From: an uncultured archaeon
GTDB lineage: Archaea; Hadarchaeota; Hadarchaeia; Hadarchaeales; WYZ-LMO6
Reading direction: 5' to 3'
Assembly: GCA_938074535.1 (NCBI GenBank)
Contig: CALJER010000029.1
Span: 1-49,490, forward strand
Length of the DNA: 49,490 nucleotides
Part shown: one piece after another, positions 37,165-45,524 of the stretch
Numbering within the stretch: position 1 is the stretch's first letter
Layout of the letters: each line of letters opens with the position of its first letter
Translations under genes and position numbers: made by a program
The notes under the pieces: generated by a model
What the model was told of the DNA's origin: nothing
The model's database searches: none
The model's input: the letters and a program-made list of their open reading frames with translations, nothing else

Positions 37165-38517
37165 TTAGAATGGAGGGGTTTCTCCTAAAAACTCCTGCGC
37201 CCTCACTTCCTCCGCGGCCCGGTGGAGGGGGTGGACCACCGGCGAGGGGGTTAGGAGGGGATGGGTGCCGTGCTGGAGGAGGGAGAGATTCTCTGCCTTG
37301 GCCTTTGAGAGGATGCACACGCCGAGCAGGTTGATCAGCTCGGCGGCCTCCCTTCCCCCCGTCAGCTGTCCTCCCAGCAGCAGGCCCGTCTCCCTCTCGC
37401 AAACAAGCTTGACCTTCAGGGTGGAGGCCCCGGGGAGGTTTTTGGGATGTCTGGTGGAGGAGGAGGCTCTCCCCACCGCGATGCGGAAGCCCTCCTTCCG
37501 CGCCATCTCCTCCGTCAGGCCGGCCGAGGCGAAGACGGTCTCACCCAGCATGGTCAAAAAGGTCCCCACCACCCCGGGGTTCCTCCTGAGGTCGCGGAAA
37601 AGGTTGGAGCCCGCGATCCTCCCTTCGAAGGCCCCGATGGAAGCCAGCATGAGCTTCACGGGTTTACCCGTGAGGAAGGACCTCTTCTCCGCGCAGTCGC
37701 CACAGGCCAGGATGCGGGGGTCGGAGGTGCGCTGGTACTCGTCCACGGCGATGCCCCCTGTAGGGCCCAGCTCCAGTCCCTCCTTCTTGGCCAGCTCCAC
37801 CCTGGGTGCGAGGCCCGTGCAGACCACTACGGCCTCGGCGGGCAGTTCCTCCCCTCCCTCCAGTCTGAGCCCCTCCACTTCTTCCCCTCCCACGGCCTCC
37901 TTCACCCTCTTCCCCGTGAGCACCCTCACCCCCCTCTCCCCTAGGAGCCTCTCGACCTCAGCGCTCACCTCCCCGTCGAAGGTGGAGAGGCAGCGCGGGA
38001 GGAGCTCCACCACCGTCACCTTCTTCCCAGCTTTCGACAGCTCCTCGGCCAGCTCCACCCCCACGAAGCCTCCGCCCACGATCACCACCTCTCCAGCCCT
38101 CCGCAGGGAGGCCCTCATCCTCTCCACCTTCTCCAGTTCCTTCTCCATCACGAAGATGTTCTCCTTCTCCCCCCCGAGGAAGGGAGGGGGAAGGGGGGTC
38201 GAGCCCGTGGCCAGGATGAGCCTCTCGTACTTCATCTCCCCCTCCGTGGTCAGGAGCTTCCCCTCCCTCCTCCCCAAGGAGAGCACCTCCGCTATCACCA
38301 GCTCCACTCCGGCCGCGGAGAGGGCCTCGTCCGAGATGAAGGCCTTGCGGGGGGAGTCGAGGGTGTGGAAGAGGTAAGGGAGGGAACAGGGAATGAGGGC
38401 CTTCTCCTCCTTCCTCACCACCGCGATTTTCTTGTCGCAGTGCCTGCGGGCGGCGGTGAGGGCCGCCGCTATCCCGCTCGAGCTTCCTCCCACCACCACG
38501 AGGTCGAAGCCCCTCAC
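37165..38517 (-). CDS. CoA-disulfide reductase/NADH oxidase-like flavoprotein
   Basis: IPCSLPY, LILATGS, GGGFVGVE, TSDPRILACGDC; GTGA overlap. Confidence 0.85.
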   Translation of the reverse strand: MRGFDLVVVGGSSSGIAAALTAARRHCDKKIAVVRKEEKALIPCSLPYLFHTLDSPRKAFISDEALSAAGVELVIAEVLSLGRREGKLLTTEGEMKYERLILATGSTPLPPPFLGGEKENIFVMEKELEKVERMRASLRRAGEVVIVGGGFVGVELAEELSKAGKKVTVVELLPRCLSTFDGEVSAEVERLLGERGVRVLTGKRVKEAVGGEEVEGLRLEGGEELPAEAVVVCTGLAPRVELAKKEGLELGPTGGIAVDEYQRTSDPRILACGDCAEKRSFLTGKPVKLMLASIGAFEGRIAGSNLFRDLRRNPGVVGTFLTMLGETVFASAGLTEEMARKEGFRIAVGRASSSTRHPKNLPGASTLKVKLVCERETGLLLGGQLTGGREAAELINLLGVCILSKAKAENLSLLQHGTHPLLTPSPVVHPLHRAAEEVRAQEFLGETPPF

Positions 38518-39605
38518 TCCACCCACTCCAGCGCCAGACCCTCCTTTCTCAGAAGAGCCGCGGTGATTCCCTCCCTCCCGCACGAGGGGCTCCCCTCCTT
38601 GAGCAGGGCCCTCATGATCCCCAGCTTTCTGGCAATTCCCAGGGTTTCCTCCGCGCCCCTCACCATCTCTCCCGTCACCTCCCTTCCCCCCTCCGTCAGG
38701 GCCCTGGCCTTTCCCTCGAGCACCTCCTCCCCCCTTCCCGTGAGCCTCATGGGCTCCCTCGGGATCCCCAGCCCTCCCAGCACCTCCGGGCACACGGGGA
38801 TCATCATCCTTCTTTCCGCCAGCGCCCTCACCCCCTCGTCCTCCTTCCCCCCACCGTCCCACCTGCATTTCACCCCCAGCAGGCAGGCGCTCACCAGGCA
38901 GGCGGGTTCCGGGGGAGAGGGCGGCGGAAGGATCCCCAGGGCCTTTTTCTCGGCTTCGGGGGGCACCCCTATTCCCTCCACCAGGATTTTTCCCGTCAGG
39001 TGGGGAGCCCTGAGCAGACCCCTCTTCATTCGGTGGAAGGTCAGGGTGAAGTGGGCCCTCACCGCCTCCCCGCAGACCTCCCCCGTGGAGGGGTCGAGGC
39101 CGGTGGGCGTGTCCACCGCCACCACCGGCAGCCCGGAGCGGTTGATCCACCGGACCGCCGAGAGGTAGGGTTCCCTCAGCTCTCCCCTCACCCCCGTTCC
39201 CAGCATGGCATCCACCACCACCTCCGCTCCTTCCGGCTTCAGCCCCTGCAGATCCGAGGGGGAGAGGACCACCCTCCTCCCCACGCTTTCCATCCTCCCC
39301 ACCACCTCCCAGTTCAGGCGGGCCTCCTGGGTCCTGATCTTAGAGGGCTCTCCCACCATCACCACCTCCACCCTGCACCCGTAGGAGGCGAGGTGCCTGG
39401 CCGCCGCCAGTCCGTCCCCTCCGTTGTTTCCAAGGCCGCAGAACAGGAGCACCGTCCTCCTCCCGAAGGTGCGGAGGAGAAACCTGGCGACCGCGCTTCC
39501 CGCGTTTTCCATCAGGAGGAGCCTGGGAACCCCGAGCTTCTCCGCCTCCTCGTCCACCCTTCCCATTTCCTCGGAGGTGATGGAGATCTCAGCCAACCCT
39601 CTCAC
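38514..39605 (-). CDS. Fusion of NAD(P)HX epimerase (YjeF_N/NnrE) and DUF523/TudS-like thiouracil desulfidase
   Basis: LMENAG, GNNGGDG, VDAMLGTG, DTPTG; Pro linker; VSACLLG..CRWDG, CPEVLGG, SPSCG. Confidence 0.8.
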   Translation of the reverse strand: MRGLAEISITSEEMGRVDEEAEKLGVPRLLLMENAGSAVARFLLRTFGRRTVLLFCGLGNNGGDGLAAARHLASYGCRVEVVMVGEPSKIRTQEARLNWEVVGRMESVGRRVVLSPSDLQGLKPEGAEVVVDAMLGTGVRGELREPYLSAVRWINRSGLPVVAVDTPTGLDPSTGEVCGEAVRAHFTLTFHRMKRGLLRAPHLTGKILVEGIGVPPEAEKKALGILPPPSPPEPACLVSACLLGVKCRWDGGGKEDEGVRALAERRMMIPVCPEVLGGLGIPREPMRLTGRGEEVLEGKARALTEGGREVTGEMVRGAEETLGIARKLGIMRALLKEGSPSCGREGITAALLRKEGLALEWVE

Positions 39606-40428
39606 CCTTCACCACCAGGTCTCCCACTCTTCCCCCGAGCTTCCTGGCCACCACCGGGCACTTTATCATGAGGAGGTAGAAGAGGTTGGCCCCCATCCCC
39701 TCCAGGGTCTCGTAGTTTCCCTGCCCTTTGCTTATCACCACCTCCGCCTTCCTGAGCAGCTCAGCCTGCCAGGGCGTGTACACGGTCTCGGGGTCCAGCT
39801 CTATTTCCACCACCTCCGCCAGCTCCTCCATGCCCGCGAACTCTGCGTCCTCCAGGGAGGCATCGTTGAGGAGGGGATCCTTCTTCACCACGTAGAGGAT
39901 GTGCTTGCTCCCCAGCGTTTCTATCAACACCCTGTCGAAGAGAACTTCTCCAGCGTTGTCCGCCAGGTATACCACCGTGCTGCTCTTCTCCACCGTCCTC
40001 CTCAGGTGCTCCAGGTGGTTGGGGCGGAGGTCCTTGGCCATCACCTCCGACACCGTCTTTCTCAGGTCGAAGTCCATCCCCGGCCCCACGTCTATCACGT
40101 TCCCGGCTATGGCCAGTTTCACGGCGGTGAGGAGCCTGTCGGACGACTCCTCCACCATCTTCCTGAGCTCGGGATACATCTCCCTCGCCAGGGAGTTGAA
40201 GGTCCTCTTCACCTCCCTGTAGGGGTCGGCGTTCCCCGTGATCCTCTTCACCTCCTCGTGCACCTTGAGGCAAAGGAGGGGAGGGGTGCTCTCCGGTGTG
40301 GCCCTCTCCAGAATCCCGAGGACCCCCCTGATCACCTCCCTCCTCTTTCCCTCTTCCTCCGTGGCCAGTCTGCAGGCCTCCACCGCCTGCCTCAGGAGAC
40401 AGGGAAAGCACTCCAGGTCCATCCTCAT
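39589..40428 (-). CDS. DUF89/ARMT1-like damage-control phosphatase
   Basis: CFPC, DPY, AIAGNVID, DNAGE, ND, KGQGNYE, KC. Confidence 0.88.
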   Translation of the reverse strand: MRMDLECFPCLLRQAVEACRLATEEEGKRREVIRGVLGILERATPESTPPLLCLKVHEEVKRITGNADPYREVKRTFNSLAREMYPELRKMVEESSDRLLTAVKLAIAGNVIDVGPGMDFDLRKTVSEVMAKDLRPNHLEHLRRTVEKSSTVVYLADNAGEVLFDRVLIETLGSKHILYVVKKDPLLNDASLEDAEFAGMEELAEVVEIELDPETVYTPWQAELLRKAEVVISKGQGNYETLEGMGANLFYLLMIKCPVVARKLGGRVGDLVVKGERVG

Positions 40429-40736
40429 TCCCTGCCCCCCTCCAGCCTCTTCTCCACGGCCTCCACTTTCCCTTCCAGGGAGAGGGGTCGGTCCCTCCGG
40501 TCGTCCACCTTGAGGGTGGTGATAACCCTTCTGGCCCCGGCCCTCAGCACCGCCTCGTGCATCTCCTTCACCGCTTCCAGCACCTCCTCCAGCTCCCCCT
40601 CCACGAGGGTGCACATGGCCGTCACCTGGTGCTTCAGCCCCCTCCTCCTCACCACCTCCACGGCCTTGGCCACATATTCGCTGACGGAGGGGCTCCCCGT
40701 GCCCAGGGGGAGGACGGAAACCTCGGCCACTACCAT
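40425..40736 (-). CDS. MTH1187/DUF77 thiamine-binding family protein
   Basis: PLGTGSPSVSEYVA, AMCTLVEG, DDRRD. Confidence 0.85.
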   Translation of the reverse strand: MVVAEVSVLPLGTGSPSVSEYVAKAVEVVRRRGLKHQVTAMCTLVEGELEEVLEAVKEMHEAVLRAGARRVITTLKVDDRRDRPLSLEGKVEAVEKRLEGGRE

Positions 40737-40778
40737 GGGGTTCGCGGAAACTTTCCTCTGGGAAGGAAAAAAGGTTGC

Positions 40779-41849
40779 TCAGGAGGGAAGGGGTTTCCCC
40801 TCCGCCCTCCTCTTCTCCCGTTCCTTCTCAGCCCCCGCCCTCTTCACCCCTGCCACCTTCTTCACCCCCTCCATGCCAGGTTTGAACTCAGCCAGGGGCC
40901 TGAGCTCGGCCTTCCCGGAGCGGCGCAGGACCTCCAGGGCCTCCCTCCCCCTCTGGCTCCTGACCAGGACGGTGGACCTGCCCGGGGGCGAGCCCACCGC
41001 CCCCACGGAGAGGTCGGCCAGCTCGGAGGTGAAGTCGGTGCAGAAGAAGCAGGAGGGATTGACGCACTCGTGCAGGGCTTTCACCTCGATTTCCCTGTCC
41101 TGCCCGTCCTTCAGCCTGCAGATGAACTTCCCCTTCTTTATGTCGAACTTCACCACCTCCTCCAGGTTCACGCCCATCCTCTCCCTGAGGAACTCCCTCA
41201 GCCTCTCGTGGTTGAAGGATTCCATGCAGAAGAGGCCCACCACCAGCTCGATCTTCTCCCCCAGCCTGGGGTAGGGCAGGTCCCCCCTCTGGATTTTCCT
41301 CACCGCCCTGACCTGGCAGGGCACTCCCACCACCGCCAGCTTCCGGAGGCCTTCCATCCCTTTGAGGGGGAGGAAAAGGGGACCGCGCGTGTACTTCGTC
41401 CCGGCAGCCTCTAGGATCTCTTCCCTGGTCTTGGCGAGTCTGGCCTCTGGCCTCCAGGGTTCCTTCCCCACCCCCATCAGCAGGGCGCCGTCGATGCGGC
41501 CCTCGGACAGGAGGGAGAGAAGGAGGGAGGAAACCGCCCCACCGTCCTGGCACCTCCGCAGGACCTCCTCCTCCAGGGAGCGAACGGAGAGGGCTTCCAG
41601 GAAGCTGCCGACGGAGGGGTCGGTTTGGGCCCCCGGAGGGGGTTGGACCAGCTCCTTGGAGGTGGGAGTCTGAGGGCAGACGGAGTAGCAAACGCCGCAG
41701 GAGGTGCACTTCCCCACGATTTTGGGCTCCGCCTCGAAGCTCAGCACCCCGGGCTCGCAGGAGGCGACGCAGGCCGCGCATCCCGCGCAGAGGCCAGCCT
41801 TCACCACCTCCTTGAGCAGGTGGCCGAAGACCTTCGGCTTCGCTTCCAT
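40779..41849 (-). CDS. FrhB/FpoF-family F420-binding subunit with N-terminal ferredoxin
   Basis: CAGCAACVASC, CTSCGVCYSVCP, QDGG, AGTKY, GVPCQ, GLFCMESF, CFFCTD, ADLSVG. Confidence 0.88.
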   Translation of the reverse strand: MEAKPKVFGHLLKEVVKAGLCAGCAACVASCEPGVLSFEAEPKIVGKCTSCGVCYSVCPQTPTSKELVQPPPGAQTDPSVGSFLEALSVRSLEEEVLRRCQDGGAVSSLLLSLLSEGRIDGALLMGVGKEPWRPEARLAKTREEILEAAGTKYTRGPLFLPLKGMEGLRKLAVVGVPCQVRAVRKIQRGDLPYPRLGEKIELVVGLFCMESFNHERLREFLRERMGVNLEEVVKFDIKKGKFICRLKDGQDREIEVKALHECVNPSCFFCTDFTSELADLSVGAVGSPPGRSTVLVRSQRGREALEVLRRSGKAELRPLAEFKPGMEGVKKVAGVKRAGAEKEREKRRAEGKPLPS

Positions 41850-41936
41850 GCGCTCACCGGATGTTACGGCTAATTGAAAAGTCAGGATATTTAACCCTAC
41901 CGCTTCGCTATTTTTCCCCTCAGGAGAGGTGTAGGG

Positions 41937-44474
41937 ATGCGCAGGGTCTACCTCCTGGCAACGGTGGCCGCCGCTTCCTTCCTCACACCCTTCCTGGGTG
42001 CTTCCGTCAACCTCGCCCTTCCCTCCCTTCAGGAGGAGTTTCACGCCGATACGGTCCTCCTGGGATGGGTCAACACTTCCTTCCTCCTGAGCTCCGCGGC
42101 CCTCCTCCTCCCTTTCGGCAGGCTGGCGGATCTCAGGGGCAGGAGGAGGCTTTTGGTGCTGGGGCTCCTCCTCCTCTCCCTTTCCAACCTCCTCTCCGCC
42201 GCCTCCCCCTCCCTGCCCTTCCTCCTCCTCTTCAGGGCGCTCCAGGGCGCGGGAGGGGCCATGGTGGTTTCCACCGGCTTGGCCCTACTCACCTCGGCCT
42301 TTCCGAGGGAGGAAAGGGGAACGGTGCTGGGGATAAACACCGCCGCCGTTTACCTGGGCCTCCTGCTGGGTCCCTTCCTGGGCGGCGCCCTCACCCAGGG
42401 CTTCGGCTGGAGGAGCCTCTTCCTCTTTTCCTCCCTCCTCTCCCTCTCCACCCTCCTTCTCTCCCTCAGGCTGGAAGAGGACGGGGAAAGGAGGGGAAGC
42501 TTCGATCTGCCCGGTTCGCTCTTCTACGGCCTCATGCTCGTTCTCCTCATCTACGGCCTCTCCTCCCTCCCCTCTCCCCCCGGCCTCTCCTCCTTCCTCT
42601 GCGGGGTCCTCTTCCTCCCCCTGTTCCTCCTCCTTGAGGGAAGGAGGAGGGAGCCGATGCTCAACCTCTCCCTCTTCAGGCGCAACAGGGTCTTCCTCTT
42701 CTCCAACTTGGCGGCCCTCATCAACTACAGCGCCACCTTCGCCTCGACCTTCCTCCTCAGCCTCTACCTGCAGCATCCCCGCTCCCTCTCCCCCAGCGAA
42801 GCGGGTGCGGTGCTGATGGTGCAGCCCCTTTTCCAGACCCTCTTCTCCCCCCTGGCGGGCAGATGGTCGGACAGGACGGAGCCGCAGCTGGTGGCCTCTG
42901 CCGGAATGGCCCTCACCTCCGCGGGGCTCCTCTCCCTGGCCCTCCTGGGGGAGATGACCCCCCTGGTGCAGGTGGTGCTCAGCCTCTCGCTTCTCGGGCT
43001 GGGCTTTGCCCTCTTCTCCTCACCCAACACCAACGCGGTGATGAGCTCCGTGGGGGAGGAGTTCTACGGCCTGGCCTCCGCCGCGCTTGGGACGATGAGG
43101 CAGGTGGGCCAGACCACCAGCATGGGGATAGCCACCATGCTCCTCTCCCTCCACCTTGGAAGGACCAGGCTGGAGCCGGAGGTCTATCCACCCTTCATGG
43201 AAACCATGAGGGCTCTCTTCCTCCTCTTCGCCTCCCTCTGCTTCTTCGGCATCTTCTTTTCCCTGGCAAGGGGAAAAGTGCACGGCAGGAAAACTTCAGC
43301 GCACCAGGAACCTCGCGCCCCTGTTGTCCGCCCCCGAGGTGAAGACTTCCCCCCCGCCCCTCCTCCGCAGGAACCTCCTCACCTTTTCCTCCAGGGTCCT
43401 GGCCCCTCTCTCATCCCCCACCAGCCCGTAGACGGCCGGTCCCCAGGAGCTCTGTCCCCCCCCTTCCGCCCCCTCCTCCAGCATGAACTCCACCGTCTCC
43501 TCGAGCAGGGGGCTCCCGAAGATTCCGCCCTGCACCTCCCTGAAGTAGCCTCCCACCGCCCTCTGGAGCTCGGTGAGGGAGGAGCCGAAGGCCTGGAGGT
43601 CACGCTCCACCAAACCCGGGAGCATCTTCATGAGGACGAGCCTGCAGACCCTCCCCACCTCCTCCGGGGAAGGGGAGACCCTCCGGAAGGCCCTTCTCTC
43701 CTCCCTCTCGTCCAGCCCCCTCAGCGGAGGCAGGGCCACCACGAACCTCCACTCCTCCGGGAAGGGGGAGTGAAAGAGAAGGGGGAAAAAACCGTCCTTC
43801 TTCCTCCCTCCCTCCACCACGAAACCGCCCAGCCGGAAAAGGTGGGTCCCCACCCCCGAGAACCATCCCCTGCCCAGCAGCCTGCTCACCTCCTCCACGG
43901 AGAGCCTGGCCCCCAGCACCTTCGCCACTCCCATCCCCACCGCCAGGGAGAGCTGGGTGGTGGAGCCCAATCCCACGTGCTCGGGTATGCTCTCCAGCAC
44001 CCTGATCCTCGCCCCCTTTCCGCCGAGCCTCTGGAGGAGCACGGCGGCCTTCCTCTCGGCGAGCTCGGAGGAGGGTCCGGAGACCTCCAGGGAGGGATGG
44101 GGGGAAACCCTTACCCTCACCCTCGGCTTCAAGAGGGCCACCCCCAGGCCCCCGTGGATTCTCCCCTCCCTCCCGGAGGGGTCCAGAAGCCCCAGGTGCA
44201 GCCTGGAGGGCGAGCTTACCAGAACTTCTCTCAAGGCCCTCAGCTTGGTTTCTCCATCAGTTTCCTCTTGGAGAGAAGCCTGCCGTCGTCGGCGTGCGGT
44301 TTTCTGAGGAGGGAATCGGAGGATTTCTCCAGCTCCCTGGCTTCGCCGGCCAGCCTCGCCGCCGCCTCCATCAGCTCGTGGGAGGAGGCCACCGTGGGCA
44401 CGTATTCCTTCATCTCCTTCATCTTGAAGCATCCCTCCACGGAGACTTCAGCCACCTTCTTGGCCATCTCGTAG
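41937..44474 (+). CDS. MFS (DHA2-like) transporter; homologous part ends ~43290, but the frame has no stop until 44474
   Basis: VNLALPSL, FGRLADLRGRR, FPREERG, GPFLGG, FSSPNTNAVM, RQVGQ. Confidence 0.75.
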   Translation: MRRVYLLATVAAASFLTPFLGASVNLALPSLQEEFHADTVLLGWVNTSFLLSSAALLLPFGRLADLRGRRRLLVLGLLLLSLSNLLSAASPSLPFLLLFRALQGAGGAMVVSTGLALLTSAFPREERGTVLGINTAAVYLGLLLGPFLGGALTQGFGWRSLFLFSSLLSLSTLLLSLRLEEDGERRGSFDLPGSLFYGLMLVLLIYGLSSLPSPPGLSSFLCGVLFLPLFLLLEGRRREPMLNLSLFRRNRVFLFSNLAALINYSATFASTFLLSLYLQHPRSLSPSEAGAVLMVQPLFQTLFSPLAGRWSDRTEPQLVASAGMALTSAGLLSLALLGEMTPLVQVVLSLSLLGLGFALFSSPNTNAVMSSVGEEFYGLASAALGTMRQVGQTTSMGIATMLLSLHLGRTRLEPEVYPPFMETMRALFLLFASLCFFGIFFSLARGKVHGRKTSAHQEPRAPVVRPRGEDFPPAPPPQEPPHLFLQGPGPSLIPHQPVDGRSPGALSPPFRPLLQHELHRLLEQGAPEDSALHLPEVASHRPLELGEGGAEGLEVTLHQTREHLHEDEPADPPHLLRGRGDPPEGPSLLPLVQPPQRRQGHHEPPLLREGGVKEKGEKTVLLPPSLHHETAQPEKVGPHPREPSPAQQPAHLLHGEPGPQHLRHSHPHRQGELGGGAQSHVLGYALQHPDPRPLSAEPLEEHGGLPLGELGGGSGDLQGGMGGNPYPHPRLQEGHPQAPVDSPLPPGGVQKPQVQPGGRAYQNFSQGPQLGFSISFLLERSLPSSACGFLRRESEDFSSSLASPASLAAASISSWEEATVGTYSFISFILKHPSTETSATFLAIS
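43296..44234 (-). CDS. beta-RFA-P synthase (GHMP kinase family, methanopterin biosynthesis)
   Basis: PSRLHLGLLD, HVGLGSTTQ, SGVG..F..GGFVVEGG, GQSSWGP; start TTG 44234. Confidence 0.88.
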   Translation of the reverse strand: MREVLVSSPSRLHLGLLDPSGREGRIHGGLGVALLKPRVRVRVSPHPSLEVSGPSSELAERKAAVLLQRLGGKGARIRVLESIPEHVGLGSTTQLSLAVGMGVAKVLGARLSVEEVSRLLGRGWFSGVGTHLFRLGGFVVEGGRKKDGFFPLLFHSPFPEEWRFVVALPPLRGLDEREERRAFRRVSPSPEEVGRVCRLVLMKMLPGLVERDLQAFGSSLTELQRAVGGYFREVQGGIFGSPLLEETVEFMLEEGAEGGGQSSWGPAVYGLVGDERGARTLEEKVRRFLRRRGGGEVFTSGADNRGARFLVR

Positions 44475-45073
44475 GCGGCCATGGCCTTGGCCAGCGCGTA
44501 GGGATTCTGAAAGCCCGCTCCCTCCACCGCCTTCTGCCTGGTGATCACCACCCTGGGCAGGTAGGGGGAGCCCTTCTTCACACCCTCTATGACCTTATCC
44601 ACCTCCTCGCAGACCACGTTGAAGGCGCCCGTGGCGGCGAGCACCTTTATCACGTTGGCGTTGAAGAGGGCCATCTCGGCGGGATCCAGGAACTCCCTCC
44701 TGGCCCCGATCATGGCATCCGCCTCTATGAGGAGGTATCCCATTCCCTCCTTCTCCAGGTCGGGCACCGCCTTCTTTCCGGGTGCGTCGCCCACCACCAC
44801 CACGGGTTTCCCCGCCCCGGCCACCACCCTCCTGGCGGAGGTGGGCCCCGGCAGAGCGGGGTTGGGGCTCACTATCAGCACGAGGTCGGGGTTGAACTCC
44901 AAGATCTTCTGGGCGCACTCCCTGCACTCCTCCTCCCGCATCTTCGGTCCCGAACCCACCACCCTGAAGTCCACGTCCTCCCTCTCCGCCCTTTCGTCGA
45001 GGAGGAGGTCGATCATGGTGGAGGTCCCTATGTTTCCAACCTTCACCACCCCTATCCTCACGCCGGGAGGCAT
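44240..45073 (-). CDS. mtd: F420-dependent methylene-H4MPT dehydrogenase
   Basis: KVGNIGTS, LLDERAERED, GSGPKM, SPNPALPGP, DAMIGARREFLDP.EMA.FN, GCF. Confidence 0.93.
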   Translation of the reverse strand: MPPGVRIGVVKVGNIGTSTMIDLLLDERAEREDVDFRVVGSGPKMREEECRECAQKILEFNPDLVLIVSPNPALPGPTSARRVVAGAGKPVVVVGDAPGKKAVPDLEKEGMGYLLIEADAMIGARREFLDPAEMALFNANVIKVLAATGAFNVVCEEVDKVIEGVKKGSPYLPRVVITRQKAVEGAGFQNPYALAKAMAAYEMAKKVAEVSVEGCFKMKEMKEYVPTVASSHELMEAAARLAGEARELEKSSDSLLRKPHADDGRLLSKRKLMEKPS

Positions 45074-45091
45074 CGGGGGGAATGGGGTGGG

Positions 45092-45108
45092 AAAACATTT
45101 AAATTTTT
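45092..45108. promoter_or_regulatory. Near-palindromic TATA region between divergent mtd and fwdD
   Basis: AAAACATTTAAATTTTT; TTTAAA lies 25 nt from the mtd ATG and 29 nt from the fwdD TTG. Confidence 0.55.
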
Positions 45109-45131
45109 GGGGGAGGAGAAAGAGGGTTCCC

Positions 45132-45524
45132 TTGGAAGTCATCCTGAACACAGGCAGGACGGTGGATCAGGGCGTGAGCATGGAGAGGGGAAAGACCTCT
45201 CCCGAATATTTCGAGAAGGTGGCCGTGGCCTTCCTCCACCCCGAGGATGCGGGGGCCGTGGGAGTGGGGGAGGGGCAGGCGGTGAGGGTGACCACGGAGT
45301 TCGGCTCGGTGGTGGTGAGGTGCCTGCTTGGAAACACGGAAAGGGGCACGATCTTCATACCCATGGGCCCCTGGGCCAACTCCCTGACCAGCCCCCTTAC
45401 GGAGGGAACGGGCATGCCCTCCCTCAAGGGTTTGAAGGCCAAAATCGCCGGCGCCCCGGGGGAGAAGCCCACCCCCCTGGAGGAGCTGGTGAAAAGATGG
45501 AGGGGTGAGGTTGGCTCTGCTTAA
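45132..45524 (+). CDS. fwdD: Formylmethanofuran dehydrogenase subunit D
   Basis: LNTGRTVDQG, IFIPMGPWAN, TGMPSLKG; start TTG 45132. Confidence 0.9.
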   Translation: MEVILNTGRTVDQGVSMERGKTSPEYFEKVAVAFLHPEDAGAVGVGEGQAVRVTTEFGSVVVRCLLGNTERGTIFIPMGPWANSLTSPLTEGTGMPSLKGLKAKIAGAPGEKPTPLEELVKRWRGEVGSA

